A stretch of DNA of 64,000 nt from Eledone cirrhosa. Taxonomy: Eukaryota. Under the pieces are notes generated by a model, which searched no databases, had not been told where the DNA came from, and was given only the letters and a program-made list of their open reading frames with translations. Shown one piece after another: positions 25,268 through 37,860 of this stretch. A program made the position numbers and the translations under genes. Within the stretch, counting starts at the first letter, position 1. Each line of letters opens with the position of its first letter. Location: assembly GCA_964016885.1 (NCBI GenBank), contig OZ024740.1, forward strand, positions 74,648,001 to 74,712,000, read 5' to 3'.

Positions 25268-25485
25268 TAACATGTAACATCAACGAGGATACTTATCTCC
25301 CTTTACCTATTCAATATTTACAATAATCTTGATTTATTTTTACACAACATACTCTAATTTTAATATATTTTAATATATTAATGCTGTGCATTAATACATT
25401 AGTTGTTGTTTTGTTTTTTCGCAAATAAAAAGTTTAAATTCTTTTCTGTGAATACACTGCAGGAAACTGATTGAAAGCTGATATA

Positions 25486-26243
25486 ATAATAATAATAATG
25501 AAATTATTGTGTAAAGTGCTCAGGTGCACTACAACTCGTCAAAGGTGCATGTATAGTACATAGAATAATATACAAATGTCAGGGAAGTGAATAGTGTATG
25601 AGTCATGGTATACATGTGTGTATGTGTATGGAGGGGGAATATTAGGTGTAGTGTTGGCGAATCTCAGGAAGCATGGAGGTTTTAAAGGATGCAGCGTCTC
25701 GACAGCTAATAACTGATGCAGGTAGTTTGTTCCATGCTTCAGCAACTCTGAGCGTGAAAAAATGTTTCAGAAAGTCATGGGAGCTGTGTTGTTTTCTGAT
25801 TTTGTAGGCATGCCCACGTGTGTTAGACACATGGAAATCAAAAAGGTGCTCAGGATTGTTGGCAAGCTGGTTAATAATTTTGTGGGTGTTTACCGAGTCA
25901 GTTGCCAGACGTCGGAGCTTCAATGTATCCATGCCAAGGGAAGCAAGGCGTTCAGAGTATGGTAGATGCCTGATGGAGGGTATTCGCTTGGTTGCACATC
26001 CCTGAACAGTTTCCAGACGGTCAATGTTCTGAGCAAGATAGGGGTTCCAGACTGGTGATGCAAATTCTAAGTGTGGCCGCACCATAGCTATGTACAGCTT
26101 TAAATAGATAGCTGGAGAGTGGCTGACACAGGTCTTGCTGAGTGATGCTAAGACACCCTTGGCCTTCTTCACAATTTTAGAGACGTGCTTCGTCCAATGC
26201 AAATCGCTGCTGACCGTAATGCCCAGGTCACGTTCACAAGAAT
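25486..26243 (-). mobile_element. CR1-clade LINE 3' fragment with (ATT)n tail
   Basis: 186-aa ORF with LYIAMVRPHLEFASPVWNP, YSERL, TRGH, FFTLRVAEAWNKLP; 3' UTR shared with 17416-17498 and 38495-38700. Confidence 0.92.
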
Positions 26244-26278
26244 AAATATAGGGTCCTGATTGATTATTATTTCTGGTT

Positions 26279-26462
26279 GGCGGTGGAATGGCAGTATCGG
26301 TAGAGGGTCGGACGCCATGCTTTCCAGCATAGTTACGTCCCTTTATGATCTGAGTTCAAATCCCGCCGAGGTTGACTTTGCCTTTTATCCTTACGGGGTC
26401 GATAAAATAAAGTACCAGTAATGCACTGAATAATTGCTGGCCTTGTGCCTAAAGTAGAAAGA
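26279..26462 (+). mobile_element. tRNA-derived SINE, family 1, full length
   Basis: A box TGGCAGTATCGG, B box GTTCAAATCC; 13-bp TSD ATTATTTCTGGTT at 26266-26278 and 26463-26475. Confidence 0.92.
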
Positions 26463-27129
26463 ATTATTTCTGGTTAAGAATTTTAAGTCTGACAGACGTC
26501 TCCAATAAAAAATATGTATTTTGCAAAATCCAGAGAGTTTCAATAATAACCTTTGGTCTTTCACACTCACTCAATATATATGTATGTGTATGTGTGTGTG
26601 TGTCTATATATATACACCACCTTCATCGCTAATTGATTTGACAGATGTCTTTAACCCAATGATACCAAATATTATTTGGTCAGTAGTTTGTGTGTAAGTA
26701 TATAAATATATATATATATATATTTGCTTGTGTGTGTGTGTCTATATATGTATGTTTGCATGCATGAATGAATATACTAAGCTTTAGATTTAGTTGAATG
26801 TACAACCACTGATTCCAGCTATTTGCACTATGGTATATTTTAGTCTCTAGTAATTCCATGGGGAATTGGTTGACCAAATGGTTTGCTTAATTGTTTTATT
26901 AATTAAAAAAAAATGTTTATTCTTTTTCTTAGATTTCAGGTATTTTTTGAAAGCAAAGCATTGGCCCCTAAAATACTACAGTGGGCCCTGCAATACTACT
27001 GTGGGCTCTTGCAATGCTACCGTGGGCCCCCTGGGGCCCACTTGCCATTGGGCAACCTGGCAACCTGGCCAGTCCGCCACTGCTCACTACCATGTATCAT
27101 TACACTTCATACATGACGTTGTTTTACCC

Positions 27130-27700
27130 AAAGACAGATCTTTAAACATGTTACTTTATTTTGCCATCTTAGTTATCTTTTTTGTGCCGCCTAACTGGCC
27201 ATATTCTGCACCTTCCCAATGAATGACACTCAAGAACAGCAATGAACTGGACTCCACCTGGCAACAAACGGAAGCGGGATCACCTGGCAACAAATGTTCC
27301 GAAAAGATGTGAAAGCAGGCAACATCACTTGGCACCAAGGGCCTTGTTTCAGGGGGGTAGCAGGGGACAAGCCCTCCCCCCATTTTCAAACGTCTCTATT
27401 TTATTTTTTGTTTATTTGATATAAGTTATTTTTAAGGTTATTTTTTATATCTGAACTTCATTTGAATATATAAAATTTAAGTAGCGTAAAATTTTACTTA
27501 TGTGATAGGGTCCGAGAAAGGCACCATAAGAAATTTATGCTCCTTTAAGAATCAACAAATGTTGGTTTGTCCCCCTCACATTTTTAAGGCAAACAAGGCT
27601 CCTGCTTGGCGCAGATGGGAAAAAGCCACCGCTGATTGTGACCATTGGCGACTACTTACATCTCAATGCGCCAAAAGGCATGGAAGAACTTAAGACTAAG
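27130..27700 (+). mobile_element. RTE-like LINE 3' fragment interrupted by a MITE
   Basis: GHILHLP...AMNWTPPGNKRKR...ITW|RRWEKATAD..HWRLLTSQCAKRHGRT*. Confidence 0.7.
27336..27604. mobile_element. hAT-like MITE
   Basis: TIRs CAAGGGCCTTGTTT / AAACAAGGCTCCTG; 8-bp TSD CTTGGCAC / CTTGGCGC. Confidence 0.78.
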
Positions 27701-27836
27701 ATTTCAGTCCTTTTATAACTTGTTGAAGGATTCTTTCCTCCTTGTTTGTGCCTAAGACATCTTTCTGCTTTTGATTTAAGTCTAAATATTCATCAATTGA
27801 CTCTTCAGTTTGTTGTATAGATGAGAACTCTAATAA

Positions 27837-29557
27837 CACTGTGTAACAAACATTTTTTTTTTCTCTGTTCCTGGCTTGTAATAACTTTTTTGTGTTGCTT
27901 AGGTCCCAAATAAATAAAAAAGTGCTATTAAACAGTTAAAAGTTTGGGTTTGTAAAAATTCTAAGCTAGAATTATTTGTATGCTTGATTTTACGTTTTAT
28001 GTAAGTTTAACTTGCTTATGTTAAATGATTTTTTAATATATGTTTCAGGTTAAATTAAAATATACGTTTCAGGTTAAATTAAAATAAAGAGTAATACCTA
28101 AAGAAAATTATAAAAATGCAATAAAGTATAAAATTGTTAAAAAATGGATTAAAGAGATTTATTGATACTGGATTTTCGCACCCTGAATAAAGGGTAAGTT
28201 GTGTTTTAAGCATTTGTCTCCAGGATGAAGCAGTGGAACTTGGTCAAGGAGGAAGTGCAGGTGAGAAGTCAGAGAATTCGACACAAACCTTTCTCAGGCT
28301 TTTACACTCTTAGGGATGGCCTCTGCTTCTGCCATGACATGCCTGGACTGTTTGACGTTATTGGGGTGCCGTTTGTGCCAGCTCCACCACAAGTTTGAAG
28401 GCTGTCCTCCTCCACAATGGAAACAAGTTCCCGACACTGCTCCTAGCTCATTCAGTCTGCCTGAAGGAAGATTACTACAGTGTGAAAGTCATCTTGGAAG
28501 CTCTGCAATACAACCAGTATAATTGGGAAATCATTGGAGACTTCAAGATGGTGGCTTTCCTGCTTGGACTCCAAGGAGGCTTTATCAAATTCCAATGCTT
28601 CGCCTTTGGGACAGCAGAGCCACCTCTGACCACTACAAAAGAAAGAACTGGGAGCAGCGAACAGAATTTGTAGTTGGGACCCGGAACGTCATGTGGGAGC
28701 CACTGGTTGATCCCAGGATTGTGCTCATGCCGCCACTGCACATTAAGTTAGGGTTGATGAAGCAGTTTGTGAAGGCTCTCAACCAAGAATCAGCCACTTT
28801 TAAGTACCTTCTTGAGTTCTTCCCCAAGTTATCTGAGGCCAAAATCAAAGGTGGAATTTTTGTTGGACCTCAGATAAAGAAGGTGTTTGAGTCTACCAAG
28901 TTCTCCAATAAGCTCAATAAGATTGAGAGAACAGCATGGAACTGTTTCAAGGCAGTTGTTAAGGGCTTCCTGGGCAGCTACAGAGCTGAAAACTACCAGC
29001 AACTGGTGCAGGATGTGATAAAGGCTTTTGGCGCCATGGGATGCAGGATGTCGCTTAAACTCTATATGATGGACGCTCACCTGGAAAAATTCAAGGACAA
29101 TATGGACGCCTACTCAGAAGAACAAGGCAAACGATTCCACCAAGAGGTGAAAGGGATAGAGCGGAGGTACCAGGGCCACTACAATGAAAAACTGATGGGG
29201 GACTATATCTGGGAGCTAGTGCTGGAATGCGACCTGGACTACAACCGCAAATCCAGGAAATCCAGTCATTTCTGACGTGTATAAGTTGCTTTATAAGTGT
29301 TATTTGTTTTTCCTTATTTGCTTTTGATAAGCTTGTGTAATAAAATAAATATATACTCTGTTGATTTAATTATATGAACTAATAAATTTTTTTTAAATGT
29401 GTTTTTTCTTGAAAAATATGAAAATTTCGAAATATTAAACTCTTGACCACAAACCCAAACTTCTGATTAAATAATAGTGTTTTTTTTATAATAATGGGAT
29501 ATAACAAACCATGAAATGTCACTTAGAACCGGGGAACAAAAAATATGTTACACGGTG
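27837..29557 (+). mobile_element. Chapaev3-like (CMC superfamily) DNA transposon, internally deleted
   Basis: Termini CACTGTGTAACA...TGTTACACGGTG with long imperfect TIRs; 3-bp TAA TSD; frameshifted transposase C-terminus at 28395-29275 (KAVLLHNGNK, PPLHIKLGLMKQFVKAL, SEEQGKRFHQ, ERRYQG). Confidence 0.85.
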
Positions 29558-29979
29558 TAATTCAACCGATTTGTTTGGTTTGTGTATCAGATAGCCTTAA
29601 AAAATTCTGAAAACATTTGCTGATATTTCTTACTGTTTGTCCGTAAAATTTGCATTTTGTATTAATTCTCGATTCTTTGGTCCTGTGTTAAGTAAAATAT
29701 AGTTGTGTTTCAGTTTTTCATCTATTTTGCTGATAGTGAAGTAGGAGTTCATAAAATCGACCCATTTATTATAAACTTCATACTTGTTTTCATTCGACCA
29801 ATCCAGATTTGGTAACAGGATTATTGATGTCGCCGTCTTTAATGCTTGCCATTCAATTCAGCTCACTTGGACTTGTTTGCAAAAAAAATTTCACTTCTTT
29901 ACAGTATTGTTTATCCCTTTTGCAATTGTTTGACTTTCAATTTTTTTTTTTTTTACTCTTTTCATGTTGCTCTTTTCAT

Positions 29980-30575
29980 ATTGCTGCCTCACTGCCACAA
30001 TGACAATACACAAGCATCAGACAATCTGTGTTTTGCTCTGAGAAAGAAAACTTTTGTAGCCAGTAGAAGTAGCTGTTCACTGAACATTTTCCACCACGTG
30101 TTTACCCTGGTCACCATGCTTTCAAAGCATTCTCCCTCATTATTAATTTGACCACCTTAGCAACAAAAGATATTAGAGCATTTGAGAGAAGCTATTTCAA
30201 GTTCACTCTTTTTCATTTGTGCTAAATACTCCTGTGCATTTGGCACATACAAAATTTATCTCCTTTGTTATCCTGTGTGGATTCAACACTAACTCATGCT
30301 AGCGTGGAAGATAGATGCTAAACGATGATGATGATGATCTCTTGTACATCCATAGTTTATTTTGGGTATATTATTTGGAATCCACTACTTTTCTGCATAT
30401 TGAGTACAGATATTTTTCTGATGGTATCAGAATCTTGTGTTCTTTTCTACTTAATAAAACTTTAGTCTTTGCTAAGTTTACATTAAAGCCTTCTGAGACC
30501 AGATTTTGCCTCCACATCTGAATTGTTTTTCTTTAATTTTACTACTGAGCTATAAGAACTAGGTCATCAATAAAA
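29980..30575 (-). mobile_element. Degenerate PHD-type RTE LINE fragment with nested RTE tail (about 30290-30338)
   Basis: [28 protein letters not shown] and NFVCAKCT remnants. Confidence 0.75.
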
Positions 30576-32261
30576 AATAGGTCTCCATTGTGAATTAAAT
30601 TATCAATAAGAACTAGGTCATCAATAAAAAAAAAGGTCAACAAAAAAAGGTCAACAAAAGTGAGGTTAGTTGAGAAACTAATTATAACCACATACTCAGC
30701 TCGAAGGTTCAAGGATATAATCAACTATTGGTCCAAAGCTATAAATCTTGTGAACTATTGTGGATTATCAACATCAAATCACTTTATCTTTCTATGCTAG
30801 TATTATGATAAACAACTAATATCAACAGAATTTTCCACCTCTCATTAGTAGTCTACTAAATAAATCTATTTACCTGACTACTAATGAGAAGATACTTAAT
30901 TGAAGAGTGAGCAACTTAATCTTCTGAGAGAATGCATATATCAACACTGTTAATAGAAGCAAAAACTAATTGCATCCATCAGGAAAATAGAAACTTGATA
31001 GAGACTTGATTTAGTAATATATCTTGAAGACTCTAATTACTAAACAACAATAATGAATTTGAAATAAGTTCCTCTCAAAAAACTACAAACTCTCACAAAC
31101 CCACAGAGAAAAAAACATAATTGAGCCTAGTAAAAGACAGCTGACTGAATTTTATGAATTATTGTTGAACAGAGATTTAGGTTTCACTAATGCTGTCAAG
31201 GTTTCACAATTAGGTTTCACAATTTGTCCATTCACTGTTTATTAAAAAATCTCATTGCTAGGTTAAAAGGTTGTTTATTATACATAAACATATTGTATAT
31301 GTTTCTATATATGACCCTGTTAGTTTGTAAATTGTCAGAACCAGAATGAAAGCAAAACAAAATCACACAGAAAAATATCAATAGGTAACATTATAGAAAT
31401 GTTGGCAACAATGGCAATTGGTTATTACACTTCTTCTTCAGAAGGAATTGAAAAGAAGTATGTACTGACTTCATAAGATGAATTAGAATCTGGGTATCTT
31501 TCTGTGTTGCCAGAGTACAAAAATGTCATATATCAAAGCATTCAACCTGTCATTCTAATGACTGTTGTTGCATCACCAGTTGGACATGACAACTAATTCA
31601 ATAGAGCAGTATTTTGAAGCCTAAAGTAGAAAACACTAAAGTGTCCCAGGTGCCATAGTGTGGAATTGAACTCAGAACCACAAGTCTGCAAAGCAAACTT
31701 CTTAAATACATTATGATGTCTACACCCATTTATGACACCCGTCTTATCTGTTGGCCTTGGTTTTAGTTCATTTTAAACTTTTTGATATCAAACTGCCTGA
31801 AACCACAAAATTATTTAAAAACCATAGGCAGTACCTTTGTTATAAAGGCCTTAAACCTAGACACTACCACCCATAACGCAGGGCAGCGGAAGTTCTCCAA
31901 ATACCAGGACTAGATTGACTGGTTCCTTTTTATGCCAGTCACCATTGAGACTTCCCGTTTCCTAAGTCCCTGGATTGCTGTTTTTAGTGGGGGAACAAAA
32001 GAATCTGTTAGTCTGTTTAGTTCATTTGTAGTGGTGTAATAGAAGTTGTGAGTGGAAGTTGATGAAGTAGTTGAATGAGGAGTTTGTTGGTTGAATTGAG
32101 AGAATTGTTGTTGTGAAGTTTTACCATGGTCGAGGAAACCTGTATTTGTAGTCACATGTTGTGGTGATGTGATATTGCTCTGGGGAAAACAATTTTCCCA
32201 CTCACATGGGTATGAATTACAAATGAACCAGACACTGCTAATTTTTATGTGTTTTTAAAGC

Positions 32262-32645
32262 GAAACCTACAGTTAGTAGGCACCTCTTAACCAAAATACA
32301 CCCCGTCGCACTACCCCTACCCCAACTGTCATCTACACCACCCCTTTCTATGTAAAGCTATGTTGGTACCACAACATCCAGTCCTAAATAAATGAGGTTG
32401 TGTAGGTGTCATGACAAAAAAACACACAGTCCACGCTGTAATGTGGCTGTGTCGGTAACACGGTAAAAACTTCCCAGTCCACACTGTAAACGTGGTTGGT
32501 GTTAGGAAGGGCATCCAGCTGTAGAAAACCCGCCAAACAGTCCTGAGCAAGACAACCAATCTTGCCTCAAGTGGGAAAATTCCCGTCCAGACCCATGCTA
32601 GCGTGGAAGATGGACGTTAAACGATGATGATGATGATGATGATGA
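32262..32645 (+). mobile_element. RTE LINE 3'-UTR fragment with (GAT)n tail
   Basis: Reverse complement of the 39854-40335 UTR. Confidence 0.85.
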
Positions 32646-34261
32646 TTGTTTGCATGATTTGCTTTCAAATCATGTGTAGTAATAATGAACTACGGAAAAA
32701 AGATACACATATTTTATTTTTTTCATTATTAATATATACATAAACTATACATAAACTACACATTATAAGTGTATGTGTCTGAATTTAAAAAAAATATAAT
32801 ACAGGTTTTTGTTTTCCATTTACTTTGGATTGAGGGTGCTTTGTAAATTCTTTATAGCAGATTTTAATAAAAAGTTATTCTATACCTTTACAATTGTAGT
32901 GTTTTGATTGTGTGTGTGAATGTAGAATCTGAAAGAAGTGAATTTACTAATTGGAGTGTTAATGTTGGGAACCAGCTGTCCCTCCCCACTAGCAAAGCTG
33001 TTGGTGAGTGAGTGTGTTTGTGTGTGACTACATCATGAACTGTGCAAGGTTGGCAAAACTGACTGTCTGTATGATGCAAAACAAAGAAGCCAAATGTGCT
33101 CTGTTTCCTGGGGTCAAAATCTCTTGTATTTATAAGGATTGTGCACCCAGAAAGCATTAAGCACAGGGCCCTTGATAATTTCTTTTTAAACAAAGACAGT
33201 AAATCGTTTTTGGCGAGGTTGTTAGCTCAAACAAAAAAATTGGTATCTCAGTTAGTCTGACTAAGGTTAAAGGTCAGTGTGTGCAGATAAAACAACCACC
33301 TGAGGACATGAGAACACTCTCCTCCTCAAAATCAGGATTGCCTGAGGAAAGGGTCACATAAGGTGGAATGACTGATGCAGTGAATGTTACTGGCTGTTCT
33401 CTGTGGCAATGTTTTTGCAATCTTATCTTTAAGGTGCAGCTAAGATATACCATCTAGACAGGGGTATTGAGTCTGTCACCCCATCTCCTCTCTTCTCATT
33501 ATTTAATTTCTTATCTCTCTTCCTGTTTATCATGTGAAATATTTAAGTAAATAAACTTCTGTGTACAGTCATTAACATGTAAACGCTAAAAAAATCTGTT
33601 TTTCTTTTACATTACACCCACATGTACACATACAAATATATATATTTTCATATATATGTATGTATACGTTTATTTTTTTACTGCTTTCAGTCATTAGATT
33701 ACAGCCATGCATCAGCTTGAAAGATTTTCTGTTGAAATATCAACCCCAGTACCTTTCAAGGACTTGTTTGGATGGTACTTATTCTATGAAATTAATTTCT
33801 TTTTGGTCAAACTGTTAAGTTATGGGGCATAAACAACTCACACAAACACACACGTAAATTATGATGGGCTTCTGTATAGTTTCTTTCTACCAAATTTCAC
33901 TCACAAGGCATTGGTCAACTCATGGCTATAGTAGAAGACACTTGACCAAGGTTTCCTGCAGTGGGACTGAACCTGAAACCATGTGGTTGCGAAGCAAACT
34001 CCCTAACCAAGGCATGTTTGAACCTGTATATTATTGTATGTATGGATGTATATATTTTGAGTTATATGTGTGCATGTGCATATGCTTTGTATCTGTACAA
34101 GTGTATCCTGTCCAATGTTGTCGAAGGGATATGATGCGACACTAAAAAGCTGTCTGGACTGATGTTAGGCCTCTGCTTCTCTGCTTACGTTTCAACTAGA
34201 GGCAGTCTATGTCACTGTTGATGTATATATATATATATGTATGTATGTATGTATGTATTTG

Positions 34262-35090
34262 CTTGAGAATTTTCAGCAGAAATGTTTAAGGCGCATATTC
34301 AACATCAAGTGGCAAGACAGAACTCCTGACATCCATGTCCTTATCAAAGCAGAATCGCCAAGCATTGAGTCCCAAGTAACATCTTCTCAAATGTGCTGGA
34401 CAGGACATATTGTTCGCATGAAAGAAAGCAGGATCCCGAAGCAACTGTTTTACGGTGAGCTCCATCTTGGAAAAAGGCCTTGACACAAACTGAAAATGAG
34501 GTTCATGTACAGCATCAAGAACAATCTCAAAGAGCTGGCATTTGATATAGACAACTGTGAGGGGTAATAGCTCTAAATAGGCTGAGTGGAGAAAGCGCAT
34601 AAAGGGCAGTTGCAAAACTTTTGAGGATTGTCATCTAGAACATAAACAATGGAAGCATCAGCTGGGGAATGGCTGTGCTCACAGTCTTGATGAAGTCATC
34701 AGTAGTTGGACATGTACATTCTGTCAGTGTAGTACTCCTCTCAAAGGCTGGTTATGTTAATCACCCGAAGTCACAGGATAACCACCTGCAACACCACTCA
34801 ACAAAGACCTGGCGAAACAACGGACGTTATATGCAACAAAGTGTGTAGAACTAGTTCTGGACTAAAAAAAAACACATGGTGGTTCATAAAGATTGTGTCC
34901 CAGAGTGACACCACCGGTCCTGTGGAAAGCAAATCTCTTTTTTGTCCCCTGTGTCGTAAACCATGCAGATCTACAGCTGGTCTACAAAGTCATCTATGAA
35001 GTTATGGATGCAGATGGGATGATAACGAAGAATCAATAAGAGACAGCAATCGTCTATGAAGATGCTGTAATCCTCATGTATGTATGTATG
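34262..35090 (+). mobile_element. RTE/BovB-like LINE 3' fragment with C2H2 zinc fingers and (ATGT)n tail
   Basis: CLRRIFNIKWQD, WTGHIVRM..SRIPKQLFYGEL..GKR, then CNKVCRTSSGLKK and CPLCRKPCRSTAGLQSHL. Confidence 0.85.
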
Positions 35091-35318
35091 TCAGGTCACT
35101 CTTGAGTGCTACTGGTAACATGTAACCCAGTACAACCTATCACATGGTCAGGTCGTTGGCGACTAAACCGGCATCCCCACCAAGTTTACTTGGTGAGGAG
35201 GGTGATTTTGGACACACTGCAGGACAAAAAACAAAACCTGACAAAGGGCAGAAGAACTCATAAAAGTTAATGGCCATCCAAAAATGCGTAAATATGTATA
35301 TACATGTATGCATGTGTA

Positions 35319-35324
<6 letters not shown>

Positions 35325-35380
<56 letters not shown>
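35325..35380. repeat. (TA)n microsatellite
   Basis: Direct observation. Confidence 0.98.
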
Positions 35381-35387
<7 letters not shown>

Positions 35388-35913
35388 GTGTGTATACATG
35401 TATGCATGTGTATGAATATGCACGGGGACGTAGAAATAATCGGGCTGGATACCTGATTGTGCTGTTAAACCACTGGGAGTGAAGGACCCCTAGCCGTTGT
35501 CTGGGCATTCTTCTTGGAGAAGGCAACTCAGGAAACTGGGATAACTCCGACATAAAACCTGTGGCTCAGTAGTTACCGGTGTTATAGCTACTGTCGCTCA
35601 GAGAGTGGGATTGGCTCAGTGCACAGTCTTTCCTCACTTTAAAAAAATCTTCACGCACAGGCATTGCACGATAGAATTAATTAATTATTAATAATGTTAT
35701 ATCGTGCAATGGCCATACTCGATATCGAGGGGGCAGTCATCATATATGTATGTATGCAGGCATAATCTATGTATGCATGTTATATGCAACTATCTATCTA
35801 TGTATCTATCTATCTATATGCGTGTCTGTCTGCTGTCAGTCTGTCTCTTTGTCTGACTGTTGATTGATTGAATGATATATAGTTAAATAAATGGATAGAT
35901 AGATAGATAGATA

Positions 35914-36271
35914 TGTTTCTTTATTAGCCACAGGGGCACAAACGAAAGGGACAAATACAAAGGGGGAAGTTTACATACAATAAAAACGCGTAAAATACTA
36001 TCACAAATGCAATTTAAAAAATAATCGATTTTCCCCAATAGGGGGAGACATTACATATGAGTAACACATACCCCCGAAAAAATGTGCAACCCTCATCTCC
36101 AGGAGTATGAAGAGTTTGTACCCCTTTCCTCTCTTCCTCTTTTTCCTCAACCTACAGGCTGATATAGAGAGAAGGCCCATTCACTCGGGCCATTCTCGCC
36201 ACTTTCACCCACCTTTCATAAAACTTGCTGGGGTACAGCACCCCTCTCTCCATCCTGATTCTTCTTCCAAA
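35914..36271 (-). mobile_element. Tx1/L1-like LINE, short 3' copy
   Basis: Homologous to the first about 350 bp of 36341-37860; flanked by (AGAT)n. Confidence 0.85.
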
Positions 36272-36340
36272 GATAGATAGATAGATAGATAGTAGATAAA
36301 TAGATAGAGAGACAGTAGATAAATAGGTAGAGAGATAGAT

Positions 36341-37860
36341 CAATTTCTTTATTAGCCACAAGGGCACAAAAGAAGGGGACAAATACAAATGGGGAGTTTA
36401 CATACAGGTATATGAAAATAAAACTATTAATAAAATAACAAATAACAATTGAAATCCCCAATAGGGGGGGGGTTACACAGGGGTTGTACACACCCCGAAA
36501 AAATGTACAACCCTCATCTCCAGGAGCAGCAAGAGTGAGTACTCCCTTCCTCTCTTCCTCTTTTTCCTCAACCTACAGGCTTATATAGAGAGAAGGCCCA
36601 TTCACTCAGGCCATTCTTGCCACTTTCACCCACCTTTCATAAAATTTGCTGGGGTACAGCACCTCTCTCTCCATCCTGATTCTTCTTCCAAAATGATATT
36701 TGAAAAAACGAATCAGTTGCTTGCTGGAGAGAAAGGTGTCTGACCTCAGCCCTTTTAACCCCGTCCACCATATAACCTCTTTCACCATAGCCATAACACA
36801 TAGGAAAACCGCCTCTCCCTCGTTTTTGAAGGAGAGTGGCGGTTTGATCATGACAATGGACTCAGTGGTCAACTGGATTGGTCCCACCCACGACAATAGT
36901 CGTTCTACATAACCCCACAGGTCGGTAACACCCGAGCAGTGTACAAATGCGTGCGCAACGGTTTCCTCGGCGCGCACGCATCTCGGACAGATCTTTTTCG
37001 AAGGGTTCCAGGCGCCCGTGTCTGTAGAGCTTGTCTCGAACTGGTAGAGCTCCTCGGTAGCACTGCTAGGCCAGGGACTTTTGGAAGTTGTCCATTGGTC
37101 CCGGGTGGAAGGTCCTACCGAACAGACTGGCCAGTTCGTCCTCCTCTACGCCTAGAGTTTCTCCGAGCGTGTCGTCGCACTTGCTGCGGACCAACCCTCT
37201 ATAGAATGTCGAAGTGGAGTCTCCACTGACCGTCGGGTCTGTTTGCCAGAAGACTGTGAGCGCCTGAGCACATTCGATGTGCCAGTCGCCCATTTTCCTC
37301 GGTCTTTGCTTGACCCAGGACTGCAGCTCGGTCAGCGAGATGAGTCGTGGGAAGGCTCGCCTCACGAATGGGGCCCACACCGGTTGTCTGGTGAGGAATA
37401 CATGGAGGTGTCGCAGCCTGAGAGCGTGTTTGCACATCATCAGCCACGGCACCCCAGCCCTCTGTTTGAGGGGTGTTAGCAGCAGATGGATCTTCTCATC
37501 AAAGGAGCCCGTTTCTTCCAAAGGAATTGGAAGAGCGCGCGCTCCATTTTGGTGAACGTTTTGGCTGGACAAGGCACAACGGTCAAGCGATAGTAGATGA
37601 CGGATGCTATAAAAGTGTTCGCCACCTCCGTACGACCTTTCAAGGATAGTTTGCACTTGGCCCACTTCTGGGTGAACGCAAACACCTTGGCCGTCACTTC
37701 GTTCCAGTTCTTCTCCACTTGGAGGTCCGGACCAAACCAGACCCCGAGCAGCTTTACCGGTCATTCTGTCCAGCGTCCGACGACACCATCAGAAGGCATC
37801 GGTTTGCCTCTCCATGTTCCGAGTTGCAAACCGACGGATTTGTCCCGGTTCAGCTTCACT
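36341..37860 (-). mobile_element. Tx1/L1-like LINE, 5'-truncated ORF2
   Basis: LLGVWFG, LSLKGRTEVAN, LFQFLW and the CCHC knuckle CPRCVRAEETVAHAFVHC; AATAAA-containing 3' end; frameshifted. Confidence 0.87.

Noticed and set aside
26279-26370. tRNA gene
   Set aside because: A and B boxes are present but there is no canonical cloverleaf, and it continues into a repeated body with TSDs; it is a SINE head
32888-33193. Possible piggyBac C-terminal cysteine-rich remnant
   Set aside because: Only a CQPC motif is visible; no TIRs or catalytic motifs
35093-35215. HDV-like ribozyme
   Set aside because: Could not assign P1, P1.1 and P2 pairings by eye; kept only as an unassigned structured element
35140-35553. 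YIYI-repeat ORFs
   Set aside because: Translation of the (TA)n microsatellite
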